Shown here piece by piece: positions 29,998 to 41,656 of a stretch of DNA of 64,000 bases (its first letter is position 1; each line of letters starts with the position of its first letter). Location of the stretch: assembly GCA_951406725.2 (NCBI GenBank), contig OX597838.1, positions 42,222,001-42,286,000 on the forward strand, read 5' to 3'. The DNA comes from Octopus vulgaris. Lineage: Eukaryota. Both the position numbers and the translations under genes were made by a program. The notes under the pieces are model-generated. The model worked only from the letters and a program-made list of their open reading frames with translations, was not told where the DNA came from and ran no database searches.

Positions 29998-30043
<46 letters not shown>

Positions 30044-30835
30044 CATATTTTATTCGAAATCATAGTTGTTCGAAAATTGAGGTACTACAGTGTATGTGTG
30101 TATATATATATATATATATATTACAAAGAATAAGTACTGGGATCGATTTGTTCAACTAAAGGCGGTGCTCCAGCATGGCCGCAGTCAAATGACTGAAACA
30201 AATAAAAGAATATATAAACAGGGGTAATTTAGGTGTTTCTCTGGGGACTGGAAAAAGTGATGGGGAGCCTTCACTGGTTTTTGGACCTTATTGGGATCTC
30301 ATCCGAAGTGTCTCCATCAATTGGACAAAAGAAACAAGCAGCCAGCATTCAACAACTTCAGTGGCTACAGAGAAGTGGGGCTGCTAATTTGCATACAGGG
30401 GCCTGAGTATGTCTTTGTGTTTGTTCCCCTCCACTGCTTGACAACTGGTGTTGGTTTGTTTACATCCCCATATATTTATGGTTTGGCAAAAGAGACCAAT
30501 GAAATAAGCACCAGACTGAAAAAACACTGGAGTTGACAAGGTTTGACTAAAACTCTTCAAAGTGGTGCCCCAGCATGGCCACACTCCAATGACTAAAACA
30601 AGATAAAAAATGTTAAAATGCCCACAAAATGGCAGTTTTTGGGGTCTCTTTCTGAAGCTTAAATCTGGTTTATGGAGGTGTGGTGCAGCCTCAATGAAAT
30701 GTGGTACGACAAGCAGGGGTATGATGGGGAGTGGCAGTAGGGATAAGCAAGGGTAAGAGGATAAAGCATAAGCTACCACCACCACCACCACAGCAACAAC
30801 AAGAACAAACCAAAACAACCACAGAGAAGACGAAC

Positions 30836-30946
30836 CACTAAAAGCTCCAGAAGTATTCAGTGATTTCCGGTGGAAGGCTACACTGGCTAAAAGCACGGGT
30901 GAAACTGTGGAAGCAATCCATCGCCAGGGAGTCACGGCTTCGTAAC
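30836..30946 (-). CDS. TMEM19: TMEM19 coding exon 2
   Basis: tttgtcttttccag | (G)YEAVTPWRWIASTVSPVLLASVAFHRKSLNTSGAFS | GTTCGT; PWRW and KSL..SGA motifs. Confidence 0.93.
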
Positions 30947-31280
30947 CTGGAAAAGACAAAAAACACACACAAAAATACTCATAAGACAACTTTTAACACA
31001 AAACAAATTAATTTTGTTCATCAAATTTAGCAGCTAAAGTTGGGGATCTGGATGCACGGATTTTGATGATGTTTAGCTGAGCAGATACAAAATCATGAAA
31101 GAAAGGAAAAGAATGGATATAAAACTCGCTCTCTCATATATATATATATATAACGGGAAGCTTTATGAAAATAGACAAAAGACGAAGGCAGGTTTACGGA
31201 AATAAACAAAAGACGAAGGCAGGTGGAATACAAACAAACAATTGTATTAGTATGGCACTCAGGAAATATAAATAAAACAA

Positions 31281-31320
31281 GTCTTTAACGTTTCGAGCCT
31301 ACGCTCTTCAACAGAAAGAT
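31281..31320 (-). ncRNA. degenerate hammerhead-like motif in a Penelope-type terminal repeat (element ~31150-31390)
   Basis: TCTTT-CTGTTGA-A-GAGC(GTAG)GCTC-GAAA-CG-TT-AAAGA; palindrome AACGTT; A6 replaced and one extra A. Confidence 0.5.
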
Positions 31321-31834
31321 ACACAGAGAAAAAACACAGAAAGAAGGAGAGAAAAAAAATATGCGTGCAGAGGCTAACGAATCAACATGATAAAATACAC
31401 AGCTTATTTTGAGATTGCTAGTGTTAACAATACAAAAAATACAGACTGGATTTGTAGTGCTCCAAATGAGCTATATTTCACTTCTTAATTTGAACGGAGG
31501 CAATGCAAGCGGAAACTAGAGGAACATGATTAAAATCCACACTCGAAGACCAAATAGATACATATATTCTTCCACATTTATAAAACGGATGTATAAATTC
31601 TAGATATAAAGATATAAAAATATATATAAATAAATAGATTTAAGTTGGTGTTATACATAAAACATAAAACACAGTGAATTTACATTTTAAAAGTTAAAAA
31701 ATATTGGTATAATTAAAAATTTGGGATGATGAAACATTAAAAGGAAGTATTAAAAACCTCCGAAAAATAATAATCAATGGTAGTCAATTATTGTTGATCA
31801 AGATCTTTCCATTTTCTGCTTAATTTATTATTAA

Positions 31835-32191
31835 CTAGCAGTATCGCCTGGCGTTGCTCGGGTTTGTAAGGGAAATAACTATATAAACATTTTTAGAGAG
31901 TTATAGCCAAAAAGTAGCAAAAAAATGCATTAAAAATGGAAAAAAAATTATGGTAAATTTTTTTTTAAATCGTTGACTCATCGTAGACATTTTTAGAGAG
32001 TTACTTTCCATATATAATAGCGAAAAAAATGCATTAAAATGGAAAAAAATTATGGTAAATTCTTTTTAAAATCGTAGACTCATCGTAGCTAATACCCAGA
32101 AGGGTTCGATATGAATCACGCAAAATGTGGGAGTAGTTAGGAATCTAAATCGTAGGAGACAGACACACAACTTGACTTTTATATATAAAGA
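31835..32191 (-). mobile_element. non-autonomous Helitron
   Basis: Minus strand begins A|TCTTTATATATAAAA and ends in hairpin CCCGAGCAACGCCAGG then CTAG|T; internal ~108 bp tandem duplication. Confidence 0.8.
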
Positions 32192-33045
32192 TATATTATT
32201 ATATTTTGTATATGATTTAATATACAAAATATAATAATATTAATATATAAATTTTGCAAAATTTGGATATCCCCCCCCCTGTACCCTTACTCCCCACTAA
32301 GATCTCATTGTGACCTCCTTTGTTTCCTACTTTAGACCCCTTTTAATTGATAATCATAATATAGTTTAAGTCAGCCCCGCCCTTCCCCTTTCTGGTTATC
32401 ACCTACATACCATTTATCTTGCTAGCATCTTCTGAGTCATGTTCTTCTCTGTAGACTGGGTGAATTTATAGTCATAGTAAAATAGGGGGTGAGGAAGAAT
32501 TAATTTACCACCAGTAGCAAGGACTTAACTGTCAATTCCCTAACGGGATGTCGAATACTTGCTGTATTGAATCTTTTGATTGCGATAAGGAGAAAGACGA
32601 ATGGAGCTAGATCCCCACTACTCTTTCTTGACCCCCATTGTTATTTTCTTCTGCCATTTAAGTATTTTCTCCCAAAGTTCAATCTGCAGTAAGCATTGTA
32701 GTTCTTTTATTCTCTAGTTCTGATGAAAAACTTGCTAAAAAAATTATAATGGAGTATCCTGTATGTTGAAAACCAATATGGTCATCTGCGTCTGAGGAAA
32801 GCAGTTTATTTCAAATTGATGTAATGTTTGCATTGATTGATTAAATGGAGCCACTTGAAATGGCTGTAATGCACTATTACCTGGACATCCTTGATACTTA
32901 TTTGCTATATATATATATCCCTCTCTCTCTTTCGGAGAGGCACAAGCACCTACATGCACATATACACACACGGCAGTAACTTCCGCCTGCCGAATTCAAT
33001 CACAAAGCTTCGGTCGGCTCGGGGCTATATATATATATATATATA

Positions 33046-35160
33046 CGGTAGCGATCATCGTCTGGTAAGGGCAAGGGTCGTCATTGACGGGGAGAGGGAG
33101 AAGATGCCGCTATATTCGGCGTCGAAGGGAAAACGTGTCCGAGTCTACAATGAGGCAAAGCTGCAGGAAGCCATCATGCAAGAAGACTGGTGCCAAGGAG
33201 ACGACATAGACGATGACTACAACTCACTGATAGGGAAACTGAAGGAGTGTTTAAGGAAGGCTAAGGGTGTATGCCCAAGAGAAAAGAAGGGAAGAATCTC
33301 GGAAGAAACTACGAAGTTACTCGAGAAGAGGAAAAATATGAAGAGGACTATTGAAGATCACCTTGAATATTCCATTCTCAGCAGAGTGATTCGTCAGCAA
33401 CTAAAGAAAGACTTTGAGGCACACCGGATGGAGAAGCTCTTGAAGGCCGCAGAGGAAAAGAAGAGCCTCAAGAAATGCAAGAGGGACATGGTACTATATA
33501 GATCGGAGGTGACGGCCCTGAAAAATACAGATGGAATACCGGTCAACGAGAAGAGCGAGATGGAAAAAGTTTGCGAAGACTTCTACACCAAGCTCTTTAA
33601 GTCTACCAGAAATGTCCAGCCGTTACCACCACTCCAACAGGAAGAAAACGTGCCACCTATCCTTGTCAGTGAGGTTGAAAGAGCCATCGGCTCGATGAAA
33701 AACGGAAGGGCTCCAGGGAAAGACGGTATAACATAGGAGGTGCTAAAGTCAGGCAGAGAGCAGCTCTGGAAAATCCTCGCTGACCGACTTACGCACTATC
33801 TAGACGAGGGAAGAATTCCCTCGTAGTGGAAAGAGTTAAATACCATCCTGCTGTATAAGAAGGACGACAGAGAAGATCTAAAGAACTACCGACCCATATG
33901 CCTGCTGTCTCACATGTACAAGCTATTCACGAAGAAAATTCTGAACAGGTTATCACGTCGTCTCGGCAGACAACAACCCAGGGAACAAGCCAGCTTCCGG
34001 AAGAACTACAGCACGATGGACCATATCTTTACTCTAACGCAACTGCTTGAGTGAGCAAATGAGTACAAGCTGTCTCTTTGCATTGCATTTATAGATTATG
34101 AGAAGGCCTTCGATAGCATCGAAACCAACGCAGTGCTGAACTCGCTGCAGAGGCAAGGAGTCGAAGTGCAATATGTGCAGCTGCTCAGAGAGGCAAATTC
34201 TGGATGCACCACCAACATAACTCTACCGTCATCACCCATACAAGTGCCGGTCAAGAAGGGAGTGAAGCAAGGAGATACAATCTCCCCAAAACTTTTCACT
34301 GCATGTCTCGAACAGATCATCAGAGGCATCGAATGGCAAGGTGGTGTGAACATCAATGGCGAGCTCCTCACCCACCTCCGTTTCACTGACGACATCGTAC
34401 TTATCGCTGAAACCACGGATCAGCTTCAGACCATGCTGACGGAGCTCGACATCAAAAGCTCTGCAGTAGGTCTCAAGATGAACCGCATGAAAACAAAGTT
34501 CATGCGGTCAGACAACGTACCAACAGGTCGAATGGTGACCAGCAGTGATGAAATAGAAGAGGTAAGGGAATATGTCTACCTGGGACAGGAAGTAAATATG
34601 TGCCAAGATATCGAAAAGGAGATCTCACGGAGAGTAAGGGCCGGATGGAAGGCATTTAATAGCATAAGGGATGTGCTCAAGGGAAGGTTGGACAGGACCA
34701 CCCGCGCCAACCTCATCCACAGTCCAGTTCTGCCTGCAATGTTATATGGTAGTGAAACATGGGCTACCACAAAGAGAGAAGAGCAGAGACTGGTAACGGC
34801 TCAAAAAGCCATGGAAAGGACAATGTTTGGTATCTCGTTGAGAGAGCACATCAGTAGCGAGATCATCAGAAAGAAGTCCGGCGTGAGGGATGTCATCGCA
34901 GAGTATACACACAGCAAGTTTAGATGGGCTGGACACGTCACCCGGCTCACCGATAATCGGTAGACCCGCGCAGTTGTCGAGTGGTACCCGCGCGAGCGGA
35001 AACGACCACCCGGAAGGCGTCCACGACGGTGGAGTTACGATTTCAGGAGGACGATTGGGATCATGTGGATGAAAAAGGCGCGATCCAGAGAGGAGTGGAC
35101 AGCGTGCTGTGACCAGCGGTGTCAAATGGATGCCTGACGGACTGGTTGATCAAGGTGATA
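33046..35160 (+). mobile_element. 5'-truncated RTE-clade LINE (endonuclease end and RT), antisense in TMEM19 intron 1
   Basis: GSDHRLV, APGKDGI, KNYRPICLL, FIDYEKAFDS, GVKQGDTISPKLF, LRFTDDIVL, YVYLGQ, WAGHV; one frame with four stops (33734, 33824, 34052, 34961); inserted in (TA)n. Confidence 0.95.
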
Positions 35161-36469
35161 TATACACACACACACACCTGCGCAATTATGTTAAAGGATG
35201 CAAAAAAGAAAGAGAGTACTCAATACATCTATATTTGTATAGAGTAGGTTCTTTTCCAAACTACTTGAAATTTCCTATGTCTTCGTTTAGATTGTATGGG
35301 AGTAAAAATGCTGAGAAGCAAGATGTTGAATAGAGGTCAGGTGATGGGCTTCAGTATGCTCTGCTGGTGTTGGTGAAGTCAAGTGCAGATGATTGATAAG
35401 TGTTATGCATGGTTTGGTTTTCCAATAGTGAAAGAGTTCATTTTCCTTTTGGGATAAAATGTTCTTGGTCATAGAATTACCACTGTGAGGAAATCTGGAA
35501 AACTACACACATACACATCGTTACCATCGGTTGGATGGTTTGACAGGATCTCTAAGCTGCAGGGTGGCACCAAGTTCTAGTGTCAGCTTTCACAGGGTTG
35601 CAATGGCTGGACGTCCTTCCACTCTACAGAGAGTACATGGTGCGTTTTTCATGTCACTTGCATTTGTGAGGTTACCAAATATCTTGTGAGATACAAAAGG
35701 AACAGAGTGGGGGGGAGGTCCAGCGGCTAAATGACAGGCTTCTTTTAGTTTCCATCAACCAAATCCACTTTTCCAAAACCCTGCTGATTGTTGGTTAAAC
35801 TTTGTAAATAAAGATTTTTAAATTTCAACCACATTTTCCATCACCTAATTGGATTAGCAATGAAATATTGCAGCATTAGGTCTCTTAATTTGGGCTTTAA
35901 AAGTTCTCCCTAGGCAGGGGAAGTAGACAAGTGCCGTTTCGTTATCCTTTGCTTTTCATGTAGCCCCCAAGTTAGGGGTCTTTCTCTCAACGAGTTGTAA
36001 CAACTTGGGCATTACGGGTTTCGATTGTGTGGTGAATATAACGAGATATACTTATTGACTTATTTTATATCGTAACTGGTGAACAATAGCGTCGTTGGTT
36101 ACAGTTTTCGATGACGACAAGGAACTTTAACTTGTAGCAGAACACATCCCAAACATCATCGACTTTTCAGTTTCCTCGTCGTTGTCGATATTTCTCGCTG
36201 CGATATATACACATATATGCAATGGATACACACACGGCTTTGGCAGAAGACCTTAGCTGTGAAACGAACTTCTTAATGACAAACCCAGGCCTTTCTAGAG
36301 TTGTGATTTAGGCCATCTGCTGGGTAGTCTCAGATGGGAGAAGTGTGAAACATATTTGCTACCAAGGGAAGGCGACATGTAACAAGGCGGGACTCGGTGA
36401 GTTGATTCGCAGTACGAGAGCGCCCCTTCATCCCGTTTCCTTGCCCCCGAAATGCACTTAACAACTTAC

Positions 36470-36602
36470 CTGAATCTTGAAAGACGATTCCGTATCCAAT
36501 ATTTAAGACCCAACAACAGAATCCGAAAATAGCAGCAGCACCGGCGAAGACAATATACAAGAGAAGGTTTTCGTAGCGTTGGGAGAAACCGGACGACGCC
36601 AT
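36470..36602 (-). CDS. TMEM19: TMEM19 coding exon 1
   Basis: aacATGG context; MASSGFSQRYENLLLYIVFAGAAAIFGFCCWVLNIGYGIVFQDS | GTAAGT; phase 1 joins exon 2; total CDS 1020 nt. Confidence 0.88.
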
Positions 36603-36900
36603 GTTATCAAACACATGTAAAGATGGTGTTTCTTTCGTGTCCGTAAGTAACCTCAGTAGACTGCTCGGTCAAAACGACGAAATAAGAAACAATGTGTGAA
36701 ACTTTATAAATTACGTATTTATATTTTTGATGCATAGATCAAAAAGATTATCGTAAAAAATAAAATTTATTATACGAAGCTATTTTTGATAACTGAGTTA
36801 AACAAAGTTTAAGTGAGGAAGTTAAAGGGAAAGAATCTTAAACTCGAAGCAAGGTTCGGTCCGGGTCGCCAGATTTCAAGGAGGCATTCATGTAGAATAG
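36603..36900 (-). promoter_or_regulatory. probable TMEM19 5' UTR/promoter
   Basis: Repeat-free, relatively CpG-rich sequence directly upstream of the start codon. Confidence 0.5.
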
Positions 36901-37821
36901 CGTCGAAAATTATAATTTTAAAAAAAATTTTCTTTTAAGCGAGTGTGTTTTAAACATTGTAGTTTACGACCCAGAAATAAATTGGTTGTTGGGAGGGAGG
37001 ATTTTTTCGTTCTGACTATTTTTCAGATCTATATTACATATATTAAAAAAATATATATAATATCAGATATTTAAACCATAAACATGGCCTCCTTCTGCCC
37101 TAAGGAGACACGCTTTTATTATAATTCTGTTCTCACCTTGGGTGCTTTGTAAGAATAAGAAGGCACTTCCCACTTCTTTCTCTTATTCCTTCTCATCATC
37201 ATCACTTATGTCCACTTTCCCTGCTGGCATGGGTTGGCTGGGTTGTCACAGTCCAAGTGAGTTTTTATTCATAGGATCATGTCTCACATGCACAATTTAT
37301 GTTTGTTGTGCTTTCTATGCTTTGATACATTTCCTAAGACCCCTCCTTTGGTGCCATGATATAAAACACTTTACAAAGAGCAATCATCACCATCATCATC
37401 ATCATCAACATCATCATCTTCATGGCACCAGCACAAGAGAGGTTAACCTGCCTTTCACAAGTTGAGGCTCCTTGCTTCGTTTGCCACCCACTTTGCACAA
37501 TGTACATTTAATAGGGGCAAAATCATGCATTTTATCATGGCATTTTTTCATCATCATCACCATCCTTACCCTCCTTACTCTCATCATCATCATCATCATC
37601 ATCATCACCATCATTATCTTCATTGTCATCACCATCTTCACTGATGTAACCATCATCCTCATTCCTATCATTTATCATTTTGGCATCTTCTTTTCTATGC
37701 TTGCAGGGGTTGGACGGGTCTTTTCCAGCACATTGTCTCACCCATTTTCGAATTCCATTTTCATCTCTTTCATTTCCAGTCCATGCACTCATGTCAGAAC
37801 TAGGAGAAAAGCAAACATTCA

Positions 37822-37864
<43 letters not shown>

Positions 37865-38276
37865 CTACATACACACACATATATACACATATACGTATTC
37901 TTTACAGTGTAGACTAGATGCTTTTTACGTGACACCGGCTGGCATGATGGGCTTCATTTAGTTTCCATCAACCAAATCCAGTCACATTTGACCAGGGTGC
38001 CATACAATGGAACTGAACCTAGAACCATGTAGTTGGGAAGTAAGCTTCTTGCCTGCACCTTTATTTACATATTTATATATGTGTGTGTGAATATGAGTGA
38101 TGGAAGCATTATTAATACGAAATGCAATCTTTATATCCAGCTCAACATGGATGCTCTGCTAGAATGCCAAAGACTGCAGTATTTGCCTTGAAAGATCCTC
38201 TCATATAGGTGCATGGTGCATAAAAGTATAAACATAAATCATAGCACAAGAGAATCACCTGGCATTGGAGCCAGAA

Positions 38277-38322
38277 CTGCCAGGTCACCTGATTTCAGCA
38301 TGCTGTGCTTCCTCAGTAGCAG
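38277..38322 (-). ncRNA. type I hammerhead motif (U16.1 changed to C)
   Basis: CTGCTA-CTGAGGA-AGCA(CAGCA)TGCT-GAAA-TCAGGTGA-CC-TGGCAG. Confidence 0.68.
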
Positions 38323-38651
38323 GCATCCTGTTGCCACAAACCAAGCAAATCTTACTGCCAATGTTATACAGAATAGCAGTGACTTTTTATTTACTGATGT
38401 CACAAATAGCCAGCAGATGTGCACTCTCAGCACCATATGTCAAAAAGAGACCTCTCTCAAGGCAAATATCTGTATTTTGGTGTTCTAATAATACATCCAC
38501 AATAAATAGGATATTTAGTATTAATATTGCCTCTGCCACAAATATTTAAAAAAATAAGTTTGGTGGCTATTTGCGATATCAGTGACTGAAAAATCAGTTA
38601 TTCTATATACTTTTGGCAGCGAAATTTGACTGGTATGCAGCAATTGGACGC

Positions 38652-38697
38652 CTGCCACTGAGGAAGTGCAGTGCAATGAAATAATGTGATCCGGCAG
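38652..38697 (+). ncRNA. type I hammerhead motif, partly decayed helices
   Basis: CTGCCA-CTGAGGA-AGTGC(AGT)GCAAT-GAAA-TAATGTGA-TC-CGGCAG. Confidence 0.65.
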
Positions 38698-38825
38698 TTC
38701 CAGCACCAATGCAAGATAATTCCTGTCTGTTCTTAGCAGTGTACATCTAAATGAGAGACTCTCTCAAGTTGAATACTATAGTAAAACAGCATTCTAATAG
38801 TACATCCACTTTAAGTAAAGAATGC

Positions 38826-38856
<31 letters not shown>

Positions 38857-39298
38857 CTGTGTACATGTATGGTGCTGAGAGTGCACATCTGCTGGCTATT
38901 TGTGACATCAGTAAATGTATTTGTGTGTGTGCATGTGTGTCTACATGTGTGTGTGTGTGTGTAAACCTGTTTCAGGATTTGTTAGAATCTAGGCACATCA
39001 ACATGCAGGATGCCAGAAATGGCTAGGTACCCATAACATGGAGTTTACAGTGAGGTAAAACAACTGTGACACATCATGTGTTGGTAGGTAGGTAGATATT
39101 TAAGTAGTGAATCCAATTGAAACTGTTGATGTGACTCGGGGTTGGTTCCAAGTGCAGTATAAAAAGAAGACCAGAAACAAGGGTTTGAAATTTACTACAG
39201 CTGTTTCAGAGGGATTTTATTGATGTATTGCTGATGATGACTTATTCCTCATGCTCTTTATTGGATATATCATCATCAAGGTTCTGCCTTGCCTGCTT

Positions 39299-39388
39299 AA
39301 AATTTTACCTGAAGATGGTGGGTTTATGCCATGATGTAATCTATGAATACATCAATGAAATTCTAACGAAACGGCTGTAGTAAATTTT
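39299..39388 (+). ncRNA. type I hammerhead motif inside fold-back element 39158-39416
   Basis: AAAATTTTAC-CTGAAGA (39309-15)-~52 nt-GAAA (39368-71)-CGGCTG-TA-GTAAATTTT; the inverted partial arm has GAAA-CAGCTG-TA-GTAAATTT. Confidence 0.62.
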
Positions 39389-40128
39389 AACCACCATTTC
39401 TGTTCTTCTTTTTATATATACATATGTATATATGTATATATGTGTGTGTATGTATTTGTGTATACCATTGACTTGGCATCACTCATCAATGTTATAGAAG
39501 CAATGATGTCCATTTCCAATGTTTCATGAAAGACATGTCTAGCTATGGAGAAATACTAACTTGCTTGGAAAAAACAGGTGATAGGAAAGTAATATGGCCA
39601 TGGGAAATGTGCCTCAATGAATTCCTTCTGACCTTTCTAAACATGGGAAAGTGGACGTAAAAATGGCGATGATGATAATGATAATAACGATGAATAGTGA
39701 TGATGATGATGATGATGATGATGTTGGTGATTTTGTATTTATACTTGGAATGCATGCTATGATGTATGGAGGACCTTTGTGTTACAGAAATGTTAACAGA
39801 ACAAAAAGTACAACAAAAAAAAAACCAACGAGCAACAATCAAGGGAAATAAAACATATTTTATTTTACCTCATCTCTTTTCGTTTTTAAATTTTCACCCA
39901 CAAAACAAATTCTTTCCCCAAAATTAATGACCAAAATTTTTCTCTGCCATTGTCTTTGACTTTCTCCATTGTATAAAGTTTCTATGACACAAAACTTCTA
40001 CATACATCAAACAAGACTTCAGTTAGATGCAACAACACAAAAGCTATTTAATTAATTTATATTGCTTTAACAAACTGGTGTATTGGTAGAATTATGTGTA
40101 TGTATACACAACTATATATATGTGTGTG

Positions 40129-40193
<65 letters not shown>

Positions 40194-40204
40194 ATATATG
40201 TATA

Positions 40205-41215
40205 AGGGTGGAAAGGAACACACGAGTTGATATATATGAAAAAACAAGTCAAAAATAGAAAATGCTAAGATAATTTTATAGTGAATCTTTCAGTACCGGT
40301 TTCGGTCATTTTGAGACCTTTTCAACTGTAACGATTAAATAATTAAATTTAGAAAAATTAGAAGAAAAGTTTTTTTAAAAGAATATTTCTGTAGTAGTGT
40401 TCAGATATAAGTAGCATTCTGCCTTTCTCTGACTCCCTTGTTTGCACTTGTGTGTTCGAGGTCGTTTTGAGTTCTTGGTAGGATAGGTGAAGAATAATGA
40501 GGCTGATGTGGAGAGGGGTGTGGAAATCTGGGAATGCCTTAATGGTCGTATTTTGAATGGTCAGTGGCTGACAGTAGTCGCAGTTCAATTCAGGAATTGT
40601 TTATGGAATTTGCGTAGGCGTTATACTGAAAGACATTAGTGACAAGGTTAAGGGGTGGAAGGTGGAGAAGTAGAAGAAGAAGAAGATGACGATGTTGATG
40701 ATGATGATGATGAAGAAGAAGAAGAAGAAGAAGAAGAAGAAGAAGGAGAAGGAGAAGATGGTGGTGATGATGGTGGTGATGATGATGACGACGATGATGA
40801 TGATAATGATGATGATGAAGAAGAAGAGGAAGAAGAAGAAGAAAAAAAACAGAGAAGGGAGAATATGAATGGGTGTAAGTATAGCTGTGATGGGGCTGAT
40901 TAGTAATGGATTCTATGGAGTGTAATATTTGTGTGTGTATATATTTCTTTTATTCTAAAGTTGAGGTATATTAATTGTTTGTCGTAGACCTGTTAAGAAG
41001 TGGCTTGTATTTTGTAATAAAGAGATTTTCTTTACTTATTCGTTGTCTCGAGGTTGTATCGTCCCTAAATTGGTAGAGGGGGAAAATTCTGAAGTTTGGT
41101 GTTTTTTTGTTGGCGCAAGTATCTATGTGTTGGCTAAAAGCTATTTTTCTGTTTTGGGGAATTTTTATCTGGGATCTGTGCAGGGCCATTCGTTTACGCA
41201 GGGCCATTCGTTTAT
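40205..41215 (-). mobile_element. 5'-truncated Penelope-like element: GIY-YIG C-terminus, 3' UTR, terminal hammerhead
   Basis: RKRMALHRSQIKIPQNRKIAFSQHIDTC..FRIFPLYQ..RISKENLFITKYKPLLN fits the R..H..H..R..E..I..P.LN end of Penelope endonucleases; 17-bp tandem duplication at the truncation point. Confidence 0.8.
40288..40331 (-). ncRNA. type I hammerhead ribozyme, U3-A8 core variant
   Basis: TTACAG-TTGAAAA-GGTC(TCAAAAT)GACC-GAAA-CCGG-TA-CTGAAA; palindrome ACCGGT. Confidence 0.75.
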
Positions 41216-41267
41216 GTATATATATACATAAATATATACATAAATATATATACATACATACATGCAC

Positions 41268-41600
41268 AGCGCATGGCTCAGTGGTTAGAGCATCAAGCTT
41301 ATGATCGTGAGGTTGTGAGTTTGAATCCCAGACTGGGATGCGTGTTGTGTTCTTGAGCAAGACACTTAATTTCACATTCCTCCAGTTCACTCAGCTGTAG
41401 AAATGAGTTGTGACATCACTGATGCCAAGCTGGATCGGCCCCTTTGCCTTTCCCTTGGATAACACTGGTGGCATGGAAAGGGCAGGCTGGTAGGCAGGGC
41501 AACTGCTGGTCTTCCATAAACAGCCTTGCCTGGACTTGTGCCTCAGTGGGTAACTTTCTAGGCACAATCTGATGGTCCTTCATGACCGATGGGGGTCTCC
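41268..41600 (+). mobile_element. tRNA-derived SINE, family C
   Basis: TGGCTCAGTGGTTAGAGC A-box, GAGTTTGAATCC B-box, TGTGTTCTTGAGCAAGACACTT core. Confidence 0.8.
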
Positions 41601-41656
41601 GCATATATATATATATATAGGTGCAGGAGTGGCTGTGTGGTAAGAAGCTTGCTTCC

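Larger units (their letters stand above)
29201..29998. mobile_element. retrozyme-like element: 361-nt monomer, 71-nt tandem overrun, then an inverted circularly permuted monomer; embedded in (TA)n (TMEM19 intron 2)
   Basis: AATAGTTATCGCCATAC at 29201 and 29562; 29631-29998 equals the reverse complement of 29201-29515 followed by that of 29511-29561. Confidence 0.88.
38100..38913. mobile_element. older retrozyme-like element: inverted and partial tandem copies of a ~309 nt monomer
   Basis: 38148-38413 pairs with 38563-38808; direct repeat CTCTCAAG..TTCTAATA.TACATCCAC ends at 38500 and 38809; 38865-38913 is a near-exact inverse of 38389-38439. Confidence 0.75.

Noticed and set aside
40655-40903. 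Acidic D/E-rich ORF
   Set aside because: GAA/GAT trinucleotide repeats within the Penelope 3' UTR; no splice or homology support.
41268-41340. tRNA gene
   Set aside because: A/B boxes run into a SINE body; no complete cloverleaf or acceptor stem.
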